This document shows positions 36,783 to 44,859 of a stretch of DNA of 64,000 bases, one piece after another; positions within the stretch are counted from its first letter, which is position 1, and the number at the start of each line of letters is the position of its first letter. Source of the DNA: Terriglobia bacterium (lineage in GTDB: Bacteria > Acidobacteriota > Terriglobia > 20CM-2-55-15); assembly GCA_965206125.1 (NCBI GenBank), contig CBDBIN010000045.1:772531-836530 (forward strand), given 5' to 3'. Position numbers and translations under genes: made by a program. The notes below the pieces were generated by a model. That model was not told the DNA's origin, did not search any database, and saw only the letters and a list, made by a program, of their open reading frames with translations.

Positions 36783-39230
36783 CTACCTGTCTTCCTGGTT
36801 CGCCTCGGACGCCTGCCTGAACTCGCGCATCTGGAACGGCGTACTGTTCACGATACCCATGACGAACGCCGAGAAACGGTTCTCCTCATCGGACGCCGCC
36901 CGCGCGATCGAGCGGACGGTCGGCATGTCCCTGTAATCGAGCACCCTCCCCAGACCGTAGGCCAGCAGGTTCTGGGTGAAGCTTCCGAGGAAGGCATCGG
37001 AACGCTTCACGAGCGCTTCGCGCAGGCTGACGGGACCGTCCAGGGGCGACCCGTCATACATTCGAGCGGACGGGTCGATCACGAAGCCACCGTCGTTCGG
37101 ACGCCAGCGGCCCACCGCATCGAAGTTCTCCAGGGTCAACCCGATCGGGTCCATGATCTGGTGGCAGGCGTTACACACAGGGTTCTCCCGGTGCGAGACC
37201 ATCCGTTCGCGCACCGTGCGCACTCGGTCGTTGTCGCCCGCTTCCTCAAATGGCGGTACGACGGGAGGAGGAAGCGGAGGGGGTGACCCAACCAAAACCT
37301 CAAGAACGTACTTGCCGCGCGCCACCGGCGACGTCCGGTTCGCCTGCGACGTCACGGTGAGAACGGCTCCCTTGCCGAGCAGCCCGAATCGGTTCGGATC
37401 GTCCAGCACGACGCGCCGGAATCGGTTCCCGATGACATTGGGAATCCCGTAGTGCCGTGCCAAAGCGCCATCCACGAACGTGTAGTCCGCGGTAATCAGA
37501 TCGAGTACGCTCCGGTCCTCTCTGGCGATGCTGTCGAACAGGAATTCGACCTCGCGTTTCATCGACCGCCCCAGGTTGCGCGTGTACTCCGGGAACAGCA
37601 CGCCCTCGGGATGCACTTCCTCGACACCGGTCAGACGCAGCCATTGCATCGCAAAGTTCGTCGCGAGCGTTTCCGAACGGGGATCCGCAAGCATACGTCG
37701 GACCTGCTGTTCGAGGACTCCTTCGTCCCGCAACCTTCCCTGACTGGCAATCTCGATCAGTTCATCGTCGGGGCCGGCGCTCCACAGGAAGTAGGACAGC
37801 CGAGTGGCCAGCTCGAGATCGCTGATCGGATAGCTGTCTCCGGGCTGAACTCCATCGGGAACCCGCTCGAACCGGAACACGAAATCGGGCATGGCGATGA
37901 GCGTCTGCACGGCGGTCCGGATTCCGTTCTCGAAGTCGCCGCTCCGGCGACCCAGGTCGTACATCTGCATCAACCCTTCCAGGTCCTCCGGCGTAGCCGG
38001 TCTCCGAAATGCCCGGGTGGCCAGGCTACTGATGATTTCGTAGGCGCAGTCCAGCTCTTCTTCCTCGTAAATCGGATAGCACGAGAAGATCTTGCCGCGG
38101 CTCGCCGTCTCCGAAACGCCAGTCACCTTCAGCGGTCCGGTAACCGTAAACGTCCGCAGGTGTGGCAGCATCGTGTTCGGGCTCTTCAACGCCCAGTCGA
38201 CGTTGACCAACGTCTGCTCCCAGAGCACGAACTGGTCTTCGACGGGGCCTTCAAACTTGGAGATGAAGGCGGCCGAAACCCGGTGCGCCCCGGCTTTGAC
38301 CGGGACCGGGCCCGTGTCCATGATCCCGTCTCCGAGCTCGTCAAACAGCGGATGGATGTCGAACAGTCCTACCCGCTCGCCGTCCACGGAAACCTCAAAC
38401 TGCTGGCCCTGGAGCGATTCCGGAAGATCCCTGCCGACAAGCTCCCCCATCGTGACGTACCAGAGTTGCGCCTGGAAGGAATAGTCGCCGTCTGCGGGGA
38501 AGTTGTGCATGACCGACGTGCCGCCACGGGTACCGAACGGCGTCCCTTCGATGTGTCGCATCTGGTTGACGACTTTCGGGACGTCGTACTGGGTCATGGT
38601 CTGGCCTGCCTCGGGGTCACCGACAGCCTGGCGCGCGATGGTCCCGGCCGCCCTGACGTACGCCTCCATGAGCCCGGGCGTTACGGTCAGCGCCTCGGAC
38701 ATGTTGTCGAAACCGCCGGTCTTGGCGTCCGGCGGCAAGAGGGCGGAAACATCGATGTCGACTGCCAGAAGGTCCCGGATCGAGTTGCGGTACTCCTTCC
38801 GGTTGATCCGGTGGAGGTCCGGCGCATCCGCATGCGGGGCCGCCGCCCGGTCGACACTCGCCGCGAGCGCCGCGGCAAACTGATTGATGGTGGCATCGTC
38901 GGGTCGGGGAGCGCCGGAGGGAGGCATCATGCCTGCCTTCAGCTTGCGTATGACTTCTTCGGCCTGTTCGGCATTCCTCGCGGGATTGGCCAGATCCAGT
39001 TCGCCCCATGAAAATCCGCCCGTCAGCAGCGCGTCGTTGTGGCAGTAAACGCAGTATTCGCCCACCAGCGCCCGTTGAGCTTCGAGAGACGGCAGACTGC
39101 CGCCGCCCTGGCCGTTGACACTCACGGCCAGATCGCCGCCGGCTGACACAAAGATGACGAACGCGAATAGGACGAACAGGGCTTGACGGAACAACGTCGA
39201 TCTCATCAAGAAAGCTCCCACATATCTCAC
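36783..39230 (-). CDS. DUF1592-type putative di-haem cytochrome c (module copy 3)
   Basis: 815 aa. EYCVYCHNDAL and ENPVCNACHQIMDPIGL motifs. SPPPLPPPVVPPFEE linker. Confidence 0.85.
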   Translation of the reverse strand: MRYVGAFLMRSTLFRQALFVLFAFVIFVSAGGDLAVSVNGQGGGSLPSLEAQRALVGEYCVYCHNDALLTGGFSWGELDLANPARNAEQAEEVIRKLKAGMMPPSGAPRPDDATINQFAAALAASVDRAAAPHADAPDLHRINRKEYRNSIRDLLAVDIDVSALLPPDAKTGGFDNMSEALTVTPGLMEAYVRAAGTIARQAVGDPEAGQTMTQYDVPKVVNQMRHIEGTPFGTRGGTSVMHNFPADGDYSFQAQLWYVTMGELVGRDLPESLQGQQFEVSVDGERVGLFDIHPLFDELGDGIMDTGPVPVKAGAHRVSAAFISKFEGPVEDQFVLWEQTLVNVDWALKSPNTMLPHLRTFTVTGPLKVTGVSETASRGKIFSCYPIYEEEELDCAYEIISSLATRAFRRPATPEDLEGLMQMYDLGRRSGDFENGIRTAVQTLIAMPDFVFRFERVPDGVQPGDSYPISDLELATRLSYFLWSAGPDDELIEIASQGRLRDEGVLEQQVRRMLADPRSETLATNFAMQWLRLTGVEEVHPEGVLFPEYTRNLGRSMKREVEFLFDSIAREDRSVLDLITADYTFVDGALARHYGIPNVIGNRFRRVVLDDPNRFGLLGKGAVLTVTSQANRTSPVARGKYVLEVLVGSPPPLPPPVVPPFEEAGDNDRVRTVRERMVSHRENPVCNACHQIMDPIGLTLENFDAVGRWRPNDGGFVIDPSARMYDGSPLDGPVSLREALVKRSDAFLGSFTQNLLAYGLGRVLDYRDMPTVRSIARAASDEENRFSAFVMGIVNSTPFQMREFRQASEANQEDR

Positions 39231-39370
39231 CGGAATCTACGCTCAGTCAGATACACCGGTCCGGGCACACGCATGCACAAATCTCCCGTCATGGCGGTAA
39301 CGCCGCTTCGATTCTAGAACAACTCCGCACGGAGTTGAAGCAATCTTGCTGAATTTTAAAGCTTTTGAAA

Positions 39371-39493
39371 GGGGACAGGCTCCCCTGTCCCCTCTTGGAC
39401 CATACAGCTATTGCAGCTTGCGAAAACCGGCTTAAGAAATCAGTAACTGAAATTAGTGTAAGAGCGAGGTAGGGACAGGGGAGCCTGTCCCCT
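39371..39493. repeat. MITE-like unit: two inverted copies of a 22-bp self-complementary hairpin flanking a ~77-bp AT-rich core
   Basis: GGGGACAGG-ctcc-CCTGTCCCC lies at 39371-39392. GGGACAGG-ggag-CCTGTCCC lies at 39472-39491. The loops ctcc and ggag are reverse complements, so the two hairpins are inverted copies of one another. The element sits between the methyltransferase stop and the module-3 promoter region. Confidence 0.6.
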
Positions 39494-40859
39494 ATTTGCA
39501 GCCGGGATGGACGTCTGCGAGACAGCGTCTCACGGCCCCTCGAATCTGGGTCATGGACAGACCGGCTGCCTGAGGCTCTTGGGCCACAAGAAAAGCCAGA
39601 TCGTCGAGGGTTCGGTGTCCGTCGATCGACGAGACGACCATCTGGACCAGAAACGCTTTCGACCAGAACACGGCCTGCCCTTCAAACCTGGGTATCGGGA
39701 GATGCCGGAAGATCAGCCAGGCCGGCGGACCGTCCCCCGAGCGGCTCTTGATCGAACTCTCACCGAGCCTGCCGGCGGCAAACGCGAGCACCCACTCCAC
39801 CTTCCCGCGTCCGTTCAGTTTCGACACCAGGTAGGGCATCGATTCGGTCTGCCACTTCGCCACGTGAAAGCCGCAGCGCTCTGCAAGGTCAAACACTTCT
39901 TCACGCGCGAACCGCAACGACACCGGCTTGTCCGGTGTGTAGCGCAGCGGACCAAGGTTGAGCCATCGCCCTCCAGGGCGCAGAAGCCCGTGCAGTGTGC
40001 TCAAAAAATCGCGCAGGTCGCCCGGAACCAGATCGATGAACCAGGGTGTTACGACGGTATCGAACGTCCCGGGCTCGAAAGGCGGTTCCAGACCATCCGC
40101 CAGAAGAAAGTGGAATCGGTCTTCGCCTAGGGCACCATCCGGAGCCGCGAGATCCCACTCCTTGGAAACGTATCCGATTTCATCGATTTCCGAATTGGCC
40201 TCTCGAATACGGACTCTGCCACCACGGATCACGGAATGGGCCACGGCAAAGAGAAAGGAATCGATATCCAGGACCACAGTTTCCGCCCCCGGATCGCTGC
40301 GATGCAGGTCGTAAGCGAGCCGGCATCCGCCCGCTCCGAGGACCAGCGTCCGTCCCAGCGGTTGCCCTTCCAGAACCGACCGGACGGCCGCCAGAGCACG
40401 CTCGTTCTCGCCGTCCGGGGCGGGGGGCCAACCCCAGTCGCGGTAAAGATAGTGAATGTATTCGAGCGGCGCGGGCAGATCGTCACCCGACGACTCGCCT
40501 CCTGGGTCCGCGGCGTCTGCCGGAAGAAGAGGTTCCAGTATCGAACGGATGTCGGCTGCCTGACTCTGGAGGGCATCCATCATGGCCCGGCATCGGGCTC
40601 TAGTGATGGGCAACACGTCGGCCCGCTCGGACTGCTCTTGAATGACGCGTACGGTCTCCTTCGTCTGCTGGTCCAGATTTGCCAATTGCCGCCGGCAGGA
40701 GGCCAGGTACGCGTCCGGGTCCCGAAGCAGCACGGGGATATTCCCCAACCGCGGGTAGCGACTGCCGCAGCCGGAACACCCAATGGATGCCGCGCCGAGA
40801 TCGACTTGCGTGGTGCAACGTGGACAGCGGGCCGTCGCGATGAGGCTTCCGATAGTCAT
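39492..40859 (-). CDS. class I SAM-dependent methyltransferase with an N-terminal Trm112-like Zn-ribbon
   Basis: The start is taken at MTIGSLIATARCPRC. Cys-pairs CPRC...CSGC form the zinc ribbon. The Rossmann motif I TLVLGAGGCRLAYDL and motif II VVLDIDSFLF are present. Confidence 0.5.
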   Translation of the reverse strand: MTIGSLIATARCPRCTTQVDLGAASIGCSGCGSRYPRLGNIPVLLRDPDAYLASCRRQLANLDQQTKETVRVIQEQSERADVLPITRARCRAMMDALQSQAADIRSILEPLLPADAADPGGESSGDDLPAPLEYIHYLYRDWGWPPAPDGENERALAAVRSVLEGQPLGRTLVLGAGGCRLAYDLHRSDPGAETVVLDIDSFLFAVAHSVIRGGRVRIREANSEIDEIGYVSKEWDLAAPDGALGEDRFHFLLADGLEPPFEPGTFDTVVTPWFIDLVPGDLRDFLSTLHGLLRPGGRWLNLGPLRYTPDKPVSLRFAREEVFDLAERCGFHVAKWQTESMPYLVSKLNGRGKVEWVLAFAAGRLGESSIKSRSGDGPPAWLIFRHLPIPRFEGQAVFWSKAFLVQMVVSSIDGHRTLDDLAFLVAQEPQAAGLSMTQIRGAVRRCLADVHPGCK

Positions 40860-40953
40860 GACTACATTGCTCTTTGAGCTACGCGCGGTGCGAAAAAACC
40901 TCCGGGCAAACACTGTGCCGCGCTCCGGCCAAGCCCCCGGACAATCCTGGCTA

Positions 40954-40989
40954 CCGAGCTATGTTGACTTAGGTTATATCCGCTCGGTA
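40954..40989 (+). promoter_or_regulatory. candidate sigma70-like promoter for module copy 4 (TTGACT-N18-TATCAT)
   Basis: ttgact taggttatatccgctcgg tatcat lies in the divergent intergenic region. A GGAGAGG RBS sits 7 nt before the ATG at 41057. Confidence 0.3.
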
Positions 40990-41056
40990 TCATTTGCCGA
41001 ACCGTTTCAGTTGTAACAGTTTACGGTAGGCAGTTCCGGTGCTGGAGAGGTAGCAG

Positions 41057-43522
41057 ATGCCAACAGTCAGAAGAGCCACTGGGTTGTCGCTCTGCCTGGT
41101 TCTGCTGGTCTTCGTCCACGAGCACGCCGCCGCAACCGAAACAAGTCCGCCGGGGGGCCCCCGGACCCTCACATCCGAACCGCAGAACGCAACGTCCCCG
41201 AGCGAGTTCATCGGTGAACACTGCCTCGCCTGCCACAACGAAGCACTCCTCACCGGAGGGCTGACACTCCAGGACATCGATACCGACGACGTCGCCGCCA
41301 ACACGGACATCTGGGAGAAAGTGCTCTTCAAGCTCGGGACGGGTCAAATGCCGCCGATGGGGATGCCACGGCCCGATCCTGCAAGTACCCGCGCCATCGT
41401 GTCGTGGCTCGAAACCTCGCTCGACCGCGCGGCCGAGGCGAACCCCGATCCCGGTCGGGTCGGCGTCCACCGTCTGAACCAGACCGAGTATACGAACGCC
41501 ATCCGGGATCTGCTTGCGCTCGAGATCAACGGGAAATCGCTCCTGTTGCCCGACGAGGCGGATTCTGGCTTCGACAACGTCGCGGCCAGCCTCACGATGT
41601 CGCCGGCACACCTGGAACGCTACATGTCGGCGGCCCGCAAGATCAGCCGGCTCGCCGTGGGCGACCCGACCATCGGTGCCGTTCCGGCCTTCGAAGTGCA
41701 CCAGGTATCCGGACTCCTGGTTCAGGACAACCGGGTCAGCGAGGACCTGCCGTTCGGCTCCCGCGGCGGCACGGCGATCCGGCATCATTTTCCGCTGGAT
41801 GGAGAGTACGTCATTCGGGTGCGCCTCAGGCGGCAGATCTACGACTACATCGTCGGCATGGGCTCGGCCCAAAAACTCGACATCCGGGTCGACGGAAAGC
41901 GCGTTGCGAGGTTCATCGTCGGCGGTGCGGCGCCGGGCGTCGCCGGCCCGTTGACGTGGGTCGGAGAGATCGTCGGAGAAACCGCGTGGGAGCTGTACAT
42001 GCACGACGCGGATGACGACCTGGAAATCCGTGTACCCGTCGAGGCAGGAACGCGGACGGTAGCAGTGTCCTTCGTCGACAGTCCTCGGGAACCGGAAGGG
42101 TTCCCCCAACCGGTGATGGAGGAAAGGGATTTCGGCCGAATCTTCGATGAACAATACGACGGCTACGCGGCCGTGGATACGGTCGCCATCGGCGGGCCGT
42201 ACCTCGCGGAAGGGCCGGGGGACACACCGAGCCGTCGGCGAGTGTTCGTCTGCCGCCCGGCGAGCGTCGAGGACGAGGCGCCGTGCGCCCGAACGATCCT
42301 GTCAACGCTTGCCGGCCGCGCGTACCGCAGGCCGGCAACCGACCGGGAAATCGGGACCTTGATGGACTTCTACGAGATTGGACAGCGCCAGGGAGACTTC
42401 GAGGCCGGGATACAGTCGGCAATCGAAAGGCTCCTGGTCAGCTTTAACTTCTTGTTCCGCATCGAGGCCGATCCGGCTGATCTGGCCCCGGGAACGGTCT
42501 ACAGATTGAGCGACGTGGACCTGGCTTCCCGCCTGTCGTTCTTCCTGTGGAGCAGCATCCCGGACGAGGAACTTCTGGACCGGGCAGCCGCCGGCGAACT
42601 CCACGATCCCGAGGTTCTCGAAAATCAGGTACGACGGATGCTGGCCGATCCCCGGTCGAGGAATCTCGTCGACAATTTCTCGGGCCAGTGGCTCAACGTG
42701 CGCAAGGCCAATACGTGGCAGCCAGACCCCGACGGGTTCCCGTTCTTCGAAGAAAACCTGCGGCAGGCCATCCTGGCGGAAACGGAGCTTTTCATCGACA
42801 GCCAACTTCGCGGGGACCGGAGCGTAGTGGAAATGTTGAGCGCCGACTACTCGTTCGTCAACGAGCGACTGGCCAAGCACTACGGACTACCCGGCATATA
42901 CGGAGAGCGTTTCCGTAGGGTGAAGTTCGACGACGGGCGGCGCGGTGGCCTGCTGGGCCAGGGCAGCATCCTGATGGTGACCTCTTATCCGGACCGCACG
43001 ACGCCGGTGATGCGGGGCCTGTGGTTGCTCGACAACATGCTGGGAATGCCGCCTCCGCCGCCGCCTGCCAACGTGCCGGACCTGGAGGGCAGCACGGAGG
43101 ACGGCCGCACCCTGTCGATACGGGAGCAGATGGCACGTCACGCGGAAAATCCCTCCTGCGCGATCTGCCACGTAAGGATGGACCCTCTTGGCTTCGCGCT
43201 CGAGAACTTCGATGCGGTCGGCCGGTATCGCACTGAGGCCGACGGCATTCCGATCGACGCGTCCACAGTTTTCACCGACGGCACGACGATCGACGGCATC
43301 GATGGGGTCCGGAGATTCCTGTTGGCCCATCGTAAGGATTTCGTCAAGAGCCTCACCGGAAGACTTCTGACATTCGCCCTCGGTCGCAGGGTCGAATACT
43401 CCGACCACCCGGCCATCCGCAAGATTCTGCGGGACGCCGCCGACACCAACTACCGGTGGTCGTCCATCATTCTGGGAATCGTAAACAGCACTCCGTTTCA
43501 GATGAGGAGAACAGCGTCATGA
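41057..43522 (+). CDS. DUF1592-type putative di-haem cytochrome c (module copy 4, most divergent)
   Basis: 821 aa. EHCLACHNEAL and ENPSCAICHVRMDPLGFALENFD motifs. MPPPPPPANVPDLEG linker. The stop TGA overlaps the next gene's ATG (ATGA). Confidence 0.85.
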   Translation: MPTVRRATGLSLCLVLLVFVHEHAAATETSPPGGPRTLTSEPQNATSPSEFIGEHCLACHNEALLTGGLTLQDIDTDDVAANTDIWEKVLFKLGTGQMPPMGMPRPDPASTRAIVSWLETSLDRAAEANPDPGRVGVHRLNQTEYTNAIRDLLALEINGKSLLLPDEADSGFDNVAASLTMSPAHLERYMSAARKISRLAVGDPTIGAVPAFEVHQVSGLLVQDNRVSEDLPFGSRGGTAIRHHFPLDGEYVIRVRLRRQIYDYIVGMGSAQKLDIRVDGKRVARFIVGGAAPGVAGPLTWVGEIVGETAWELYMHDADDDLEIRVPVEAGTRTVAVSFVDSPREPEGFPQPVMEERDFGRIFDEQYDGYAAVDTVAIGGPYLAEGPGDTPSRRRVFVCRPASVEDEAPCARTILSTLAGRAYRRPATDREIGTLMDFYEIGQRQGDFEAGIQSAIERLLVSFNFLFRIEADPADLAPGTVYRLSDVDLASRLSFFLWSSIPDEELLDRAAAGELHDPEVLENQVRRMLADPRSRNLVDNFSGQWLNVRKANTWQPDPDGFPFFEENLRQAILAETELFIDSQLRGDRSVVEMLSADYSFVNERLAKHYGLPGIYGERFRRVKFDDGRRGGLLGQGSILMVTSYPDRTTPVMRGLWLLDNMLGMPPPPPPANVPDLEGSTEDGRTLSIREQMARHAENPSCAICHVRMDPLGFALENFDAVGRYRTEADGIPIDASTVFTDGTTIDGIDGVRRFLLAHRKDFVKSLTGRLLTFALGRRVEYSDHPAIRKILRDAADTNYRWSSIILGIVNSTPFQMRRTAS

Positions 43523-44856
43523 TCATCACAAAGAAGGCCATCTCTCGCCGCACTATGCTGCGTGGCATCGGCGCAACGCTGGCGTTGCCGCTGCTGGATG
43601 CCATGGTGCCGCCGTTGACTGCACTGGCACAGACCCCTGCCCGGAGCACGATCCGCTTCGGCGCGGTTTACATCCCCAACGGCGTGATACCTGGTCTCTG
43701 GGTTCCCCCGACCGAAGGCTTGGGGTTCGAGTTCTCGCCCACCCTCGAGCCTCTGGAGCCGTTCCGGGATCACCTCCTCGTCTTAAGCGGGCTCGACAGC
43801 CTGCCACCGCCGCCCGAGGGCGCGCCCAGCTATCCGCACGCGAAGGCCAGCACAAAGTTCCTGACGGACGTGTTCCCGCACCGCGAGCTGCGGGCGGGGA
43901 TTTCGATGGACCAGATCGCAGCGAACTTCATCGGGCAGGACACGCCTCTGCCGTCACTGGAACTCTCCCTGGAGTCGGTGGATGCCGGCGCAACTTGCGA
44001 CTACGGGAGCTGCGTGTACACCGGTACGATTTCCTGGGCCGGACCAACGTCGCCGTTGCCCATGGAGACCGACCCGGCCGCCACGTTCGAACGGCTTTTC
44101 GGCGAGGACACTACGGATCCAGTGGCCCGGCGCGCCAGCCTCGAGCGGAAAGGCAGCATTCTCGACTCGCTGCTCGGTGAGGTTGCCGACATACGCAAAA
44201 GGGTCGGGCCGGACGATGAGAACAAGATATCCGGATATCTCGAGAACATCCGAGACGTCGAGCGGCGCATAGAAAAAGCGACTGCCGAAGACATCGACCT
44301 TCCCGCCGTGGCCCGGCCTGCCGGCATTCCGACAGCGTTTGCAGATTATGCGAAGTTGATGTTCGACCTGCAGGTACTGGCATACCAGGGAGACGTCACA
44401 CGGGTGATGACCTTCATGCTCGGCCGGGAATTCAGCGGCCGGACCTATCCCGAGATCGGTGTGCCCGACGCGCATCACCCGATCTCGCATCACCGAAACC
44501 AGCCGGAACGGATGGATCGGTGCGCCAGGATCAACCACTACCACGTCACGCAGTTCAAGTATTACCTCGAGAAGCTGGCTGCCACGCCGGACGGCGATCA
44601 GTCCCTTCTCGACCAGGTTGCGATCGTCTACGGTGGGGGCATGAGCGAAGGCAACGGCCATCGTCCCGAGAACCTGCCGATCGTGCTGGCCGGCGGCGGC
44701 GCAGGCCAGCTCAAGGGCGGGCGCCACATCAAGTATCCGAAGGGTACGCCGCTGGCGAACCTGCACATGACGCTCCTGGACAAACTCGGTGCGCCGGTCG
44801 AGAGCATGGGCGACAGTACGGGCATGCTCGACCTCGATGCAGTGTCAGGAGAGTAG
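43519..44856 (+). CDS. DUF1552 family Tat-exported protein (module copy 4)
   Basis: The start is taken at MIITKKAISRRTMLRGIGATLALPLLDAM, where ATGA overlaps the upstream stop. The motif HHPISHHRNQ...ARINHYHV is present. The ORF-track start at 43456 is an in-frame upstream extension. Confidence 0.85.
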   Translation: MIITKKAISRRTMLRGIGATLALPLLDAMVPPLTALAQTPARSTIRFGAVYIPNGVIPGLWVPPTEGLGFEFSPTLEPLEPFRDHLLVLSGLDSLPPPPEGAPSYPHAKASTKFLTDVFPHRELRAGISMDQIAANFIGQDTPLPSLELSLESVDAGATCDYGSCVYTGTISWAGPTSPLPMETDPAATFERLFGEDTTDPVARRASLERKGSILDSLLGEVADIRKRVGPDDENKISGYLENIRDVERRIEKATAEDIDLPAVARPAGIPTAFADYAKLMFDLQVLAYQGDVTRVMTFMLGREFSGRTYPEIGVPDAHHPISHHRNQPERMDRCARINHYHVTQFKYYLEKLAATPDGDQSLLDQVAIVYGGGMSEGNGHRPENLPIVLAGGGAGQLKGGRHIKYPKGTPLANLHMTLLDKLGAPVESMGDSTGMLDLDAVSGE

Positions 44857-44859
44857 GTA

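Noticed and set aside
41021-42154. 377-aa minus-strand ORF inside the module-4 cytochrome gene.
   Set aside because: It is antisense to a conserved paralog family gene. Similar antisense ORFs (9097-10038, 14403-15524, 16029-17189, 17888-18622, 23232-24254, 35726-36697, 37452-39011, 43954-44766, 47859-48593, 56004-56744, 56824-58053, 58575-59669, 61482-62192) were judged GC-content artefacts.
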